Source of the DNA: Somniosus microcephalus
Taxonomy: Eukaryota
Reading direction: 5' to 3'
NCBI GenBank assembly: GCA_052327205.1
Contig: CM126226.1
Location: 40,176,001 to 40,240,000, forward strand
DNA: 64,000 nucleotides
This document shows, in pieces, positions 1 to 12,077 of the stretch. The translations under genes and the position numbers were made by a program. The notes below the pieces were generated by a model. It did not search any database. It saw only the letters and a program-made list of their open reading frames with translations, and was not told the DNA's origin. Every line of letters begins with the position of its first letter. Position 1 is the first letter of the stretch.

Positions 1-1184
1 TTGGGTGAAATCAAACCAACATTAATACTGCTCTGTGTCTGACTGAAAGGAAACTCAATGAAATCGGCCTTCGAAGTTCTGGCATTGTTACCAATACCTT
101 ATCATCAGAAATAAAGGAGGCTGTACATGGCATTGTGTGCTTACTGCGCAAGTAATAAAATATTCTTGGTCTTTAGGGGGTTAAGCCAAAACAAACATTC
201 TGTTGAGTTGGGTGTTGCTCCTTCATGCAAACAAAACTTTAGGAGTCACAACAAACAACTCAAAGCAGAGGACTTTCAGATAAAACTGTACACTTCTTGC
301 TTCTCGGTCTGCTGTAAAATGCAACATTAATTTATTCAGCAGTTACAAAAAACTGGAAAAGAATTGCGTAATAAAGTCAAATATACTGTAATAGACCGGG
401 GCTGGGGGCGGAGGGGGGCGGGTGCTGTGGCTCTGCACTCCACCAAAGGAGTGAAACAGTGCAAACGTTGTTTCCTCCCTCTGAAAGTCAACTTGTTAAC
501 TGATTTCAGAGCCTGCAGCTGTAGTATATGTTGGGTGACTTGCCAAATCTTGCTTTGTCTACCATGTGAACTGCATGACATGGCATGTAAATTACCCTGA
601 TCCAATGCAGAGCCTCCAGCCCGCACAGTGTTGATCAACAACAGGACCCTGTCTGGAACAGCAGTGATGATAACACCAGTTAGGTATTTGGCAAATGCCC
701 CTCCATTTCTGAAAACCTCTCAGTTAGGGGTTCCAGCACTAAAACCACAACAGGTGACAATGCCAAAGGGAGGCCGTTATTTTTCTGTCAGCACACAGAA
801 CATTTTGTTCGGACAAGACATCAATTTCAGACTCACAGTCAACACTCGAAAAACTGCTAGAACACGGCCTCTTTGTGGGTCAAGTGTGAAACAGACACAG
901 TGGGCCAAAAATCTTTAGTGTTCTGCAATCAGTAACCCTTTGAGGACCTGAGCAGCATTTCTGATCACATTTTTAAAAGAATTCAGGGACTAATTAACTG
1001 AGAAATCTTCGAGAGTTCCATCTTTATTTAAGAACTAAATCTTAATGAGACATTATGATGGAACAAACGCACACACTTGAAAAATGGTTCCTTGTATCTA
1101 CTAAGAACTAGAGGGAGCTAACCCTATTGTTTATAGTACACTATAAGCAAAAGCTCAGAGTTTATTCACGAGTACTTTTTTAAA

Positions 1185-1561
1185 TTCACTCTTGGGATGT
1201 AAGCATTGCTGGCAGGGCCAGCATTTATTCCCCATGACTAGATGCCCTGAGAAGGTGGTGGCTTGGTACAACTGAGTGACTTGTTAGGCCACTTCAGAGG
1301 GCAGTCGAGAGCCAACCACATGGGTGTCGGACTGGAATCATGTTTAGGCCAGACGACAGGTTTCCTTCCCTAAAGGATATTAGTGAACCAGTTGGGCTTT
1401 TACGACAATCCGACAGCTTCATGGTCAGTTTTACTGATACCAGCTTTTTATTCCCAGCTTTTTTAAAAAACTGAATTCAAATTCTCAAACTGCCCTGATA
1501 GGATTTGAACATAAACATTCTCTGGATTATTAGTCCAGACCCAGTAACATAACCACTATAC
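1185..1561 (-). mobile_element. tRNA-headed SINE with LINE-derived tail
   Basis: Minus strand begins with A-box/B-box-like gtatagtggtt...gttcaaatcc. The tail (gggatgt..gctggcagggccagcatttatt..ccctgagaaggtggtg) recurs at ~38830-39110 and ~40890-40990. Confidence 0.6.
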
Positions 1562-2292
1562 AAATTCATACACAATGTTTGTCACAGGTTCAGCTCTTGT
1601 ATCTGTGTTCTGCAAACTGGGTAAGTTGTGTACTTACTATTGCAGAGAAGCTAGTATTCATTTGTTCAGATGTGTGATAAATATAATAGCCCTGTAGTTT
1701 GTATGCATCCCCATTACAAATAGGCTATACCGCTCTTGCACGAATGTCACAAAAGACTACACGTGCCAAGAGCATCTGGTATATACAGTACTGGTTATTG
1801 ACTGAAAGTCAGTTTAACCAAACAAGTAACAGTTTGAGTTTTCATACCACGTTAATTTGAATGTGCCTCAACAATTTCATTCCAAATCCCAGCCAGTGAA
1901 ATTATGGGGAACACATTCAAAAGAATACACCTACATTTCCTTAGATATTTGAACTGATTACAGCTGGTTTCAATGAAAACAGCCAAGGTTGGAATGTTTT
2001 GAAGTTTTGGCCTAGTACCACACACATAACCCTATCCTACTGGGAAGTTATACAGGATATTCAGCAATCACAAAAGGCCAATCAACTCTTTTTAGCATAG
2101 TAATTCTGCGCTTTCAATAAACCACTCAACAGCCACTGGAAAAAAAACTGCAGAAATTATTGAAGCACCATCTTTTTTATGGGGAGGGCAGCTTTGGAGA
2201 AACTTTTGTCACTAACAAACCTCGCAAAGATGCTTTGCAATGCAATGAAGCAAACAAATAAGGTATGTGAAACACTCTTTAACAAAGACGGT

Positions 2293-2366
2293 TCCTCCTT
2301 AAATTGAATTGAATTGATAACAAACAAATCCTCCTTAAACTGAATTGAGTTGATAACAAACAAATC
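2293..2366. repeat. 36-bp tandem duplication (2 copies, 2 mismatches)
   Basis: tcctccttaaa(t/c)tgaattga(a/g)ttgataacaaacaaa at 2293-2328 and 2329-2364. Confidence 0.95.
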
Positions 2367-4080
2367 AGATTTCTTTGAGATGGGATTTTTTTGGCTCAGG
2401 AGGAGAAGTAGGAAAAGAGAGAGCTCTATGCGCCAAACAATTAAAACACTCATCCTATCTCAATACTCCACTTGAGGTACGACTCATGAGAATAAGTTCC
2501 GTCAGCTCAAAAACCAGAAGGCCAGAGAATTACACTTCTATGCTTTTGCAGTTCATTGGCGTGCATTGTTTTAGAGTTGCTTTGTTAGCGGCAGTTCTAA
2601 AAATGCTTTCAGATGAAAGGATTTGTTGTGTGAGAGCGCCGAGCCAAATCTGACCCAGCATAAAGGCTATTATTATAGTGAGGAGGAACAACTGAGGGTC
2701 CCTAGCAGAATCAGTGACCCATATATTGCAAGGTTAGTGGCTCACCCTTTTTCTTTCTCCAACATTGTCAACTCAAAGCTGAAAACTTCTACTCACCAAA
2801 GGCAAGTAACTGTTCGTGTTTACAAGATGAAAAAATAAGACAAACAGCCTGCTTTTCAAGTAACACTGGATTCTCCCTTCTCATTTCTTAATGTTTCCTC
2901 TCTTTCCCCGTCGTATCAAATCCTTTGTAATCCTCTGCAGGATTTTTCATTCTCACTAACATCCCATCTACACTAAAAATATTCTCTATTCCTCTTTAGG
3001 GATTCTTTTGCTTGGGTTAAAGTTCAAGTCACAGTTTTTGCTGAATGAAAAGTTGACTTGCTCAAGATTAAAAGGGCTATTGTCACATGGAGGCTGTCCT
3101 GCAAGACACTTTTCAAGGCCTGTAGACAGAGTATTGTACAATGACATCATCTGTGATGTGACGACATGCTCGCATCTGACCAAAGATTTAAAAATCAAAT
3201 GGAAACACAGTGCAGTCGAGCAGTGAGGTCAGTATAGTAGTGTTTGCAGACCCTGGTTGATTCAGAAATTTAGCTCATTTGAAAACTCCAAACTACAACA
3301 ATACCCTTAAAAAAAATTAGCATTACTTGCATAGCAAGAATTTACTTAATGAGTATTTTTGAATTAAAGAACTGGATTGGTGGTTTTTTTTTTTTACAAT
3401 GATTTGCTCTAATCTTCATTGTGTTACCACAAACAAAGGTTTGTGAGCACAGATTGTAAGTCCATTGACCAACCAGTCCAAAAAGTCACATGTAAAGAAA
3501 TGCCTAGTAAGTCACATGACAACCCAGAAAAGCTAACATACTCTAAAAATGCAGGGTGTACAGGAATTATTGACTGACTTGACAGACATCTTAAATTATA
3601 ACCGCAGTGAGATGTTTCCAGATGGCTCAGTGGGTAAGAGCATTGTGCAGTATACAACAGTCATATGCAGTGGAAGGTCCCAGGTTCAATCCCTGGTCTG
3701 TACCGAGTTAACTGATCCCAGCTGAGGTGGTGATGAAAACTCTACAATTGGCTTCAGGTGTTCCTGGTTAGGGAGAAGGAAAAATTCAAGAGGATTACCG
3801 TTCCTAATTATTAACCAGTCACCTTCAACTTGAAAGTCTGCAGTGGTGAGGTCAGGGTAGGGCTTGGCTACGATAGCCTACATAATCAAATTGCCAGCCA
3901 ACGCTTAGGGCTGGATTTCTTTCAATTCAACCTAGGAAACTAGGTCCTGCCCCAACCCAGAGTGAGCCTGCCACTGCCAACCAGGAAAATGAGGGCAAAG
4001 TGACAGGAGCTGCTTTAAAGGGCAGAAAAGCCCAGAAGATTGGCCTCCTAATTGTGTTTTAGATTTCAGTCAGGACTGAA

Positions 4081-6007
4081 TCTCATCGAAACTTATAAAA
4101 TTCTGACAGGACTAGACAGACTAGATGCTGGAAGGATGTTCCTGATGGTCGGGGAGTCCAGAACCAGGGGTCTAAGGGTAAGGGGTAGGCCATTTAGGAC
4201 AGAAATGAGAAGGAATTGCAGTCAGAATCAGGGGAATTTATAATGGGGAACAAAGAAATGGCAGACCAACTAAATACATATTTTGGTTCTGTCTTCACAA
4301 AGGAGGACACAAATAACCTCCCAGAGATGCCGGGGAACATAGGGTCTGATGAAAGGGTGGAACTGAAAGAAATCAGTATTTGTAGGGAAATGGTGTTAGG
4401 AAAATTGATGGGACTGAAGGCCGATAAATCCCCAGGGCCTGATAATCTACATCCCAGGGTACTTAAGGAAGTGGCCCTAGAAATAGTAGATGCATTGCTG
4501 GTCATCTTCCAGAACTCGATAGACTCTGGAACAGTACCCATGGATTGGAGGGTAGCTAATGTTACCCCACTATTCAAAAAAGGTGGCAGAGGAAAAGCGG
4601 GGAATTATAGACCGGTAAGCCTGACATCGGTAGTGGGGGAAATGCTAGAGTCCATTATAAAAGATGTAATAGCAGAGCACTTGGAAAGCAGTGACAGGAT
4701 CGGACAAAGTCAACATGGATTTACAAAAGGTAAATCATGCTTGACTAATCTACTGGAATTTTTTGAGGACGTAACTGGTAAAATAGATAAGGGAAAACCA
4801 GTGGATGTGGTGTATTTGGACTTTCAGAAGGCTTTCGATAAGGTCCCGCATAAGAGATTAGCGTGCAAAATTAAGGCACATGGGATTGGGGGCAAGGTAT
4901 TTGACTTGGATAGAGAACTGGTTGGCAGACAGAAAGCAAAGAGTTGGAATAAACGGGTCGTTTTCCGAGTGGCAGGCAGTGACTAGTGGGGTACCGTAAG
5001 CATCGGTCCTAGGACCCCAGCTGTTCACAATATATATTAATGATCTGGATGAGGGAATTGGATGTAATATCTCCAAATTTGCAGATGACACAAAGCTAGG
5101 TGGGAGGGTATGCTGTGAGGAGGATGTCATGAAACTCCAGTACGATTTGGACAGGTTGGGTGATTGGGCAGAAACATGGCAAATGCACTATAATGTGGAT
5201 AAATGTGAGGTTATCCACTTTGGTGGCAAAAACAGGAAGGCAGATTATTATTTGAATGGCAATAGATTGGGAGAAGGGGAAGTGCAAAGAGACCTGGGTG
5301 TTCTTGTGCACCAGTCGCTGAAGGTAAGCATGCAGGTGCAGCAGGCGGTTAAGAAGGCAAATGGTATGTTGGCCTTCGTAGCGAGAGGGTTTGAGTACAG
5401 GAACAAGGATGTTTTGCTACAGTTGTACAGGGCCTTGGTGAGACCGCACCTTGAGTATTGTGTGCAGTTTTGGTCGCCTTATCTGAGAAAGGACGTTCTT
5501 GCCATGGAAGGAGTGCAGCGAAGATTCACCAGGCTGATACCTGGGATGGCAGGAATGACGTATGAGGAGAGATTGTGTCGATTAGGCTTATACTCACTGG
5601 AGTTTAGAAGATTGAGAGGGGATCTCATCGAAACCTATAAAATTCTGTCAGGCCTGGACAGACTAGATGCAGGAAAGATGTTTCTGATGGCCAGGGAGTC
5701 CAGAACCAGGGGTCATAGTCTAAGGATAAGGGGTAAGCCATTTAGGATTGAAATGAGGAGGAATTTCTTCACCCAGAGAGTGGTGAACCTGTGGAATTCT
5801 CTGCCACAGAGGGCGGTGGAGGCCAGTTCATTAAATATATTCAAGAAAGAGTTGGATATATTTCTCAAGGCTAAAGGGATCAAGGGGTATAGGGAGAAAG
5901 CAGGGACCGAGTACTGAATTTGGATGATCAGCCATGATCGCATTGAATGGCGGAGCAGGCTCGAGGGGCCGAATGGCCTACTCCTGCTCCTATCTTCTAT
6001 GTTTCTG
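4081..6007 (+). mobile_element. 5'-truncated CR1 (HER1-like) LINE; chimeric, 3'-region fragment 4081-4215 fused to ORF2 body
   Basis: RT motifs KSPGPD, NYRPVSLTS, QHGFTKGKSCLTNL, YLDFQKAFDKV, FADD (5078-5089) and RPHLEYCVQFWSP; CR1 3' UTR ending ttctatgtttctgtg; putative TSD tgaa. Confidence 0.95.
4216..5917 (+). pseudogene. CR1 ORF2 reverse transcriptase, disabled (no endonuclease, frameshift near 4900, stop near 4997)
   Basis: ORFs 4216-4986 and 5129-5917 are consecutive RT pieces. GVPQGS is mutated to gta ccg TAA. Confidence 0.9.
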
Positions 6008-6977
6008 TGAAACCTAAAACCACGCAAGTTTTTGGGGCATGAGGTGAGGGAGAGGTGCCCAGTACTGGTCCATCTCCCTCCAAAGGGAGTACAGAGGGCC
6101 TTCCACTCCTGCTCCACAGACTACCACCACCCCTCTCCTGGTAGGTAGTTCCCTGATTCAGCAGTAGTAGTGGTGGAAGGCAGAGATATTGGGCTGCTAG
6201 CCGGGCCCTGCCTACCAGTCACCATTGACAAATGACCAGACAGTGAAGGAGCAGCCAGTGGCCTTTCCTGCCGGAGTGGGGGAAGGAAACGTGAGGCCGG
6301 GGCGGGAATATAATAGTAGGCCTCACAATCCAAAGGTTCTCCTAAATTTTGCCGCTATGCCGTCTGATTTGGGGTATTATCATGTAGGAAAACCCAGTCT
6401 GTCTAAGCTCACACATAAATAATGGCTCGTTAAGTGAGATATGCAGGAGGCTGCCACCACTTGTGGAATCCTAGTCCAGCAGGAGTCCCCACCTCTAGGA
6501 GAGGAAGAGAGAACATTTCCAGAAAACCCACAGAACCAAATGAATATTTACAATATTCTTGGAACAAGCATTAAAAATAATAACGTAACCAAAAAGTTGC
6601 AGGAAATGCTATTAAATCCTCAATGGGTTAAAACTGTAGTTTCAGAATTCAGATTGAACTCTGCAAGCTAATCTTTTCAAAAGGCCCTTTGCTGAAAGTG
6701 TCATCACTCATCAGTGTAAATACAATCATGCTTTTGACTCTATCCAGTACTGCATGTTAAAAGCCTGGATCTTTATGACAATGCTTAGATACTGTAACTA
6801 TGAATACTCAATCAAGTACTTAAACCTTAACAACAGGGCTCCAATACAATTTAACCAGGAGTGGAAAATGTTTGTTAATGGCTATAGTTATAAAAAATTC
6901 TAGCATTTTTATTTTTGAGTAGCAATACCCCTTTGAATATTGTGCATTTATGAGGCATCTAAGCTACAAAGCACTTT

Positions 6978-7696
6978 GGGGGGAAAATTGGGCCACGCCC
7001 CCTTTGGGACGCTAACTTTGCCGTGGCGCTACTTTTAGCGCCCCCGCGCCTGAAATTGAATGGTAGCACCCCAAGCAGGAGGCGTGGCACTACTGGACGC
7101 GCTCCTCCTTCCTCTTGGGGTGCTCCTATTGAATATCGCGGCACTAAGTGTAGCAGTGCCACACGCATTGGCACATAGCGCCGTGGTGCTACAGGTCTCC
7201 CTCCCCTTATTAAAGGCCTAGCGCAGCACGCACCAGGGCCCTGCTGGACCACCAGGGAGCGGGGTGCTGGCAAAAGAGCCTGGCACTCGAGAGGAGTGGC
7301 AGGCTGACCAATCGCGGCCGGCACCGCGCAGGAGGGGGCGAATGCTGGAAGGTGGCCCAAAAAAATGGCCGCCTGGCACCTGCCCTTTAATTTGCGTCGC
7401 CCCGGCCGCAAACTCGGCACCCTGACCCTGTCGGACATAGCGTCTGGCGATAGGCCAGGGGGTGTGAGCGAAGTTTGTGGCCGGGGCGCTGCGCACGGTG
7501 ATGGCTTCATCGCCGGAGGCGCAGCGCCGCGGGGTGCGACCGGCTATTGCTGTTGCTAACCTCCCGCTGAATTTCGCGGGAGGCATTAGCGGCGCCGCGC
7601 CGGGCGCTAGGTTAGCGCCCCCCTTGGGGGAGCGACGATAGCCGGTAGCGCTTCAGGACGCTAACGGGAGGGGCAAAGCAACCCAATCTTTCCCCC
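6978..7696. mobile_element. Harbinger-type MITE (GC-rich)
   Basis: TIRs ggggggaaaattggg / cccaatctttccccc; TSD ttt/tta; inverted homolog of 46199-46733. Confidence 0.85.
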
Positions 7697-7800
7697 TTAC
7701 TCTTTTATAAGTGTACTAGCTGGGGAGCCCCGCGTTGCGAGGGCAATTTTGGGGCGTTTGGTCTCCCTGCCCCTGTGTGTCCCCCCTCTCCCTGTCATGT

Positions 7801-7997
7801 CCTCTCCCTGTCCTATCCCTCCCTCCCCTCCCCTCTCTCCCTCCCCTCCCCCCCCTCCCTCCCCTCTCTCCCTCCCCTCCCCCCCCCTCTCTCCCTCCCC
7901 TCCCCCCCCCTCCCTCCCCTCTCCCTCCCCTCCCCCCCCTCCCTCCCCCCCCTCCCTCCCTCCCCTCCCCCCTCCCCTCTCTCCGGCCCCTCCCCCT
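7801..7997. repeat. Polypyrimidine (CCCT/CCCCT)n tract; G-quadruplex/H-DNA potential
   Basis: About 190 nt of almost pure C/T with many C3+ runs. Confidence 0.95.
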
Positions 7998-8230
7998 GCC
8001 TAGCGCCTGAGGTCCGGTGCCGTTGCTGAGGTCCCCCGCGTATCGCGCGGCTGATGGACGGCCGCTGCGGGCGGTGCATGTGCGGTCAGTGCGAGCGGCC
8101 CGCGGGAGCCGGCAAGGCCGTTAGCGAGCGGGAAACTTCGGGCAGCGCGCCCGCGCTCCGTCCGCGACACCTGAGAGTGGGGCGCGAGGGCAATTTTGGG
8201 GCGTTTGGTCTCCCTGCCCCCGTCATGTCC

Positions 8231-8415
8231 NNNNNNNNNNNNNNNNNNNNNNNNNNNNNNNNNNNNNNNNNNNNNNNNNNNNNNNNNNNNNNNNNNNNNN
8301 NNNNNNNNNNNNNNNNNNNNNNNNNNNNNNNNNNNNNNNNNNNNNNNNNNNNNNNNNNNNNNNNNNNNNNNNNNNNNNNNNNNNNNNNNNNNNNNNNNNN
8401 NNNNNNNNNNNNNNN
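8231..8415. other. Assembly gap or masked run (185 N)
   Basis: N run whose flanks (tcatgtcc / ctctccggcc) equal the flanks of the 176-nt pyrimidine tract in the first unit. Confidence 0.99.
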
Positions 8416-8734
8416 CTCTCCGGCCGAACAGCCGTTACCATAACAATATCACCGTGCTAGGCCAGTCCAAAATGACAGTTGCTAGTAAGGTTGCTGCAGT
8501 CTTTTTAATAATTTCAAATGTGCATGCTTCTTCAATATTGTGGAGTTAAAATGTCCGTGGGGGTTGACCTGATCGCCTTCTGTAACTTGAGCGGAAGATC
8601 CACAGAAACTTCTGGAGAAACGGTGTGAACGGTTTTTATACTGTTTCTTCGGGGTTTCTGTGGACCTCCTGCCAAGGTCACAAGAAAAAGTGAGATGACC
8701 TGGGACTTCATGCTTCAGTACAATACAGGGGGGC

Positions 8735-9175
8735 GTGGGTGCTGTCTTTGGATGAAATGTTAAACTGAGACCCTGCCTCCTTGCTGAGTTGGATGTAAAC
8801 GATCCCATGACAGGAGAGTTCTCCTGATGTCCTGGCCAACATTTATCCCTCAACCAACACAAAACATTGGCCATTTATCTCATTTGCTGTTTGTGGGATC
8901 TTGCTGTGTGCCATTTGGCTGCCACGCTTGCCTACAAACAGTAACTATACTTTAAAAGGAATTTATTGGCTGTAAAGCGCTTTGGGACACCCTGAGGAAC
9001 ATAGGAACAGGAGTAGGCCATTGAGCCCTTCGAGCCTGTTCCGCCATTCCATATCCCTTAATACCTTTGGTTAACCAAAATTTATCAATCTCAGATTAAA
9101 ATTAACAATTGATCAAGCATTAATTGCCGTTGTATAGGACAGGAAATACCCTATATAAATATGAGTTCTTTCTTA
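8735..9175 (+). mobile_element. DeuSINE (AmnSINE1/SacSINE1-like) with L2-type tail, interrupted by a CR1 tail (8998-9131, minus)
   Basis: Deu-domain-like gtgctgtctttggatgaaatgttaaactgag..gatcccatg..gtcctggccaa; tail tgtaaagcgctttgggac...ctatataaat. Confidence 0.75.
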
Positions 9176-9196
9176 ATAGAACTCTGGAAATATACT

Positions 9197-9334
9197 GAGG
9201 CTGAAATTCTGCAGAGTTTCCATCAATCTCTCGCTATAACCACAGCCTTTTCCCCCCATTTCCCTGGGGATCTGCCAGTCTCCCACTGGAGTTACAGTGG
9301 GAGACTTGTATGATAGCTGTGGAATTTCAGCTCC
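9197..9334. mobile_element. Short Harbinger-type MITE
   Basis: TIRs gaggctgaaattc / gaatttcagctcc; TSD act/att; internal hairpin agtctcccactg..cagtgggagact. Confidence 0.65.
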
Positions 9335-9666
9335 ATTGTGTTTATTGCATGGGAGTGAACAATCCCCAGAGTCTCAGCTTGTTGTTTAAATTAATTCTAC
9401 AACAATGAGCATGACTGGCAAACAATTTTAACATCGGTTTTGTTTTCCAGCTGTGCGAATTATCTCTCTAGAAGGCAATGAAGATATTGCTGATTCCCGT
9501 GAGCGTGAAAGAATCAAAGATATTTTGGCCATCATATTCAGAAACGGAGAGTGGGCTGCTCTACAAGTCAGTGGTCACACAATCTCTTTAGTGACATTGG
9601 GATTTTTAGATTTGCTATGCAATGTAGCGTGCGATTTAAAAAAAAGAAAGTGCTCATCAAGGTGAG

Positions 9667-10070
9667 GGACATAGGAATGTAGTAATAGAAGTAGGCCATT
9701 CAATCCCTTGAGCCTGTTCCGCCATTCAATTAGATCATGGCTGATCTGTACCTCAACTTTTACTGCCTTTGTTTCATATCCCTTACCTAACAAAAATCTA
9801 TCGATCTTGGTCTTGAAAATTTCAATTGACCCAGCATCCACAGCCTTTTGGGGGGGGGGGGGAAGAGTTCCAGATTTCCACTACCCTTTGTGTAAAAAAG
9901 TGCTTCCTGATTTCACTGCTAAATGGCTCAGCTCCAATTTTAAGATTGTAACCCCCTTGCTCTGGATTCTCCCACCAGAGGAAATCGTTTCTTTATATGT
10001 AGCCTATCGGATCCTTTCATTATTTTAAAGACCACGATTAGATCAGCCCTCAGCCGTCTAAACCCAAGGG
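9667..10070 (-). mobile_element. CR1 LINE 3' fragment
   Basis: Minus translation DAGSIEIFKTKIDRFL; gtaggccattc..gccattcaattagatcatggctgatc 3' UTR. Confidence 0.85.
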
Positions 10071-10677
10071 ATGTCAGTATCAGCTAAGACGACTTTGCCA
10101 TTTGTATGCTTTTTAAAGAGAGCTTCACACTGTGTCTAACCCACACTGCACCTCATCAAGGAGTGTTTGACACAGAGACTGGGTGTGAAAAAGGGAGTCA
10201 CTTTTACTGGTATGAAATGTCAGTGGTAAGGACCGGGAAAGTATTATCATAAAATATTTCTATTGGCATGACTGGTAATTTTATAGCTCACACGCTCATT
10301 ATCTACATGGGAAATTCAAAAAGCAAAAATACGGAAGACTGAACAATATTGAACATTCAGCAACATTTTTCCTGAGCTATGGATCTTGCACGTATTGAAC
10401 AATAGCTATAACTCACCATCATCAGCAAGATATCAATTTATTAGGTGAAATCTTCCACTATTTAAAGCCTGCTCTTTTGCTGATTGCTACTATTTCTTAT
10501 CCACAGTAGCAGGATCCTCCCATTAACAAAGATTGAATTTCTTTTGCAGCTTCTGTTCTTAAAAATAATTTTCCACCCTGCAACATCTTCAAAGCATTTT
10601 TTTGAAATTATATTCATTATCACAAAGTAGAATCAGCTGTGTGCCAAATATTTTTCACTTATACGCTCACATAAAAA

Positions 10678-10714
<37 letters not shown>

Positions 10715-10720
10715 CACATA
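10678..10720. repeat. (CA)n(TA)n compound microsatellite
   Basis: Seen directly. Confidence 0.95.
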
Positions 10721-12077
10721 TCAGCAAGGGGTTAACACCCACAGCTCTACGTCTCATATTTCCAATCTAGTGCGAGTGGTTAGTCTGGGAAGGGTGGTGC
10801 TTCCTTTTCATTTCTCTGCAGTACAGCTAATGGCTACAAGTTCTGATAATGGTTTTTACGCAAAGTGAAAGCCACAAGAAGTGGCTGTTTGTTATCACTC
10901 TGAAACCTCAAGGACTCGCTGCTCAGACATACTCGTCTGTGAGCACGAGGTATGAGTCATACAAAAAAAAGCAGAAAGTACAGTAGAAAGGATATTCGGC
11001 ATCCAACCCTGTCGGCAAAGTGGGTTCTAACGTCTGAGATGATGGGTGCAGTCACACAGTCATAAATACTTTGTAGATTTGACATTTAACCACTGTTGTT
11101 TTTCTGTACAGGCAAGAAAAACTGCTCCATTTATTGAACATCTATGCCTATCACCCTACTGATTTTCACAACAATTGGATAGTGTTCTGTTTCTTTTGAT
11201 ATTTTTCAATCCCCCCCCCACCCTCCTTCTACAAAAAATGAATTTTAAATTGCAAGTCTACACAACATTTTCTCATACCCAGCTGTAGAATGTAGTCCAT
11301 GGTATTGTGGCCACATATACCAGTTACACACTGTGTGGTATTGTATAGCATGAGCCACCCAGTTCACACAGCTGTGACCAAGAGTTGCAGACCCTGGAGT
11401 TTGTAGCAACCATATATGTGGTATTTGTTGATTTGAAAGGCCTGTGCAGTATGGCATTTCTAATATGCAGGCTAGAAATTTCTCTCCACGATTTATCTTT
11501 CTAAAATCAACTAGCATTTCCACATCAAGAAGTAGCAGCAGAGAGGGTTTATTTTGGTCAACCAGGCTGTCTAATGCTTGCTGAAACTCAAACTCATCAC
11601 CATTCTCCAAACCAAGCTGAGAAATGTACGTGAGCAGAGTGTCTGTTATCCGACATAAAGTGCATACTTTCTGCCACAGCACAATGTTCAGAGAGCTTAG
11701 GTGCCGGTTAGAAGACCCAGGCCTAGAAATTGGGTATAGCCCCGCTTGAGGCGTTAGAACTGGCGATGCGCAAAGTTTATAGCCAGACGAAACTTATCGC
11801 CGCCTGGCACGATATTGGGTTGCTTCGCCCCCAAAGGGAATTGAGGCGCTAAATCAGCCGTTGCACGGTGCTCTTAAGGCGCAAAAGGTCAGGCGCTACT
11901 CAATATCGGCGCGGACGGGCGCAGCGCAGGTGAACTCAATTACGGGAAAGCACGAGACCTACAGGCGCCGGCCGGCTCTTAAAGGGGCGGGTCAGTCAGA
12001 CTGAGCTTAAACACCCAACGCCCTGTAGGCCTCAGATTCGGCGCTCGCCCTTGTCTGGCATTAGAAACTTGTGCATT

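Larger units (their letters stand above)
3908..6400. mobile_element. Non-autonomous DNA transposon (~570 bp net) interrupted by a CR1 LINE
   Basis: Imperfect TIRs gggctggattt / aaacccagtct. The flanks of the CR1 rejoin into one hairpin. Confidence 0.5.
3621..6500 (+). mobile_element. Old tRNA-derived SINE (unnamed family A) split into 3621-3905 and 6401-6500 by nested insertions
   Basis: A box tggctcagtggg and B box ggttcaatcc. The body resumes at 6401 with gtctaagctcacacat, matching other copies in the window. Confidence 0.65.
7716..8425 (-). mobile_element. Helitron-like 3' end with internal ~448-bp tandem unit
   Basis: Minus strand ends in a hairpin (plus strand gccccgcgttgcgagggc) followed by CTAG|T. 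gcgagggcaattttggggcgtttggtctccctgccc occurs at 7737 and 8185. Confidence 0.5.

Noticed and set aside
4216-5917. Functional reverse transcriptase gene
   Set aside because: 5'-truncated, frameshifted and with an internal stop.
7735-8079. Pro/Ser-rich and Gly/Arg/Glu-rich ORFs
   Set aside because: Translations of the C/T low-complexity tract, open in several frames.
7998-8220. Satellite-borne hammerhead (ctgatgg...gaaac)
   Set aside because: No CUGANGA core on either strand.
10822-10949. Exon-like segment with strong acceptor and donor on plus
   Set aside because: Stops in all three frames; at most non-coding, with no further support.
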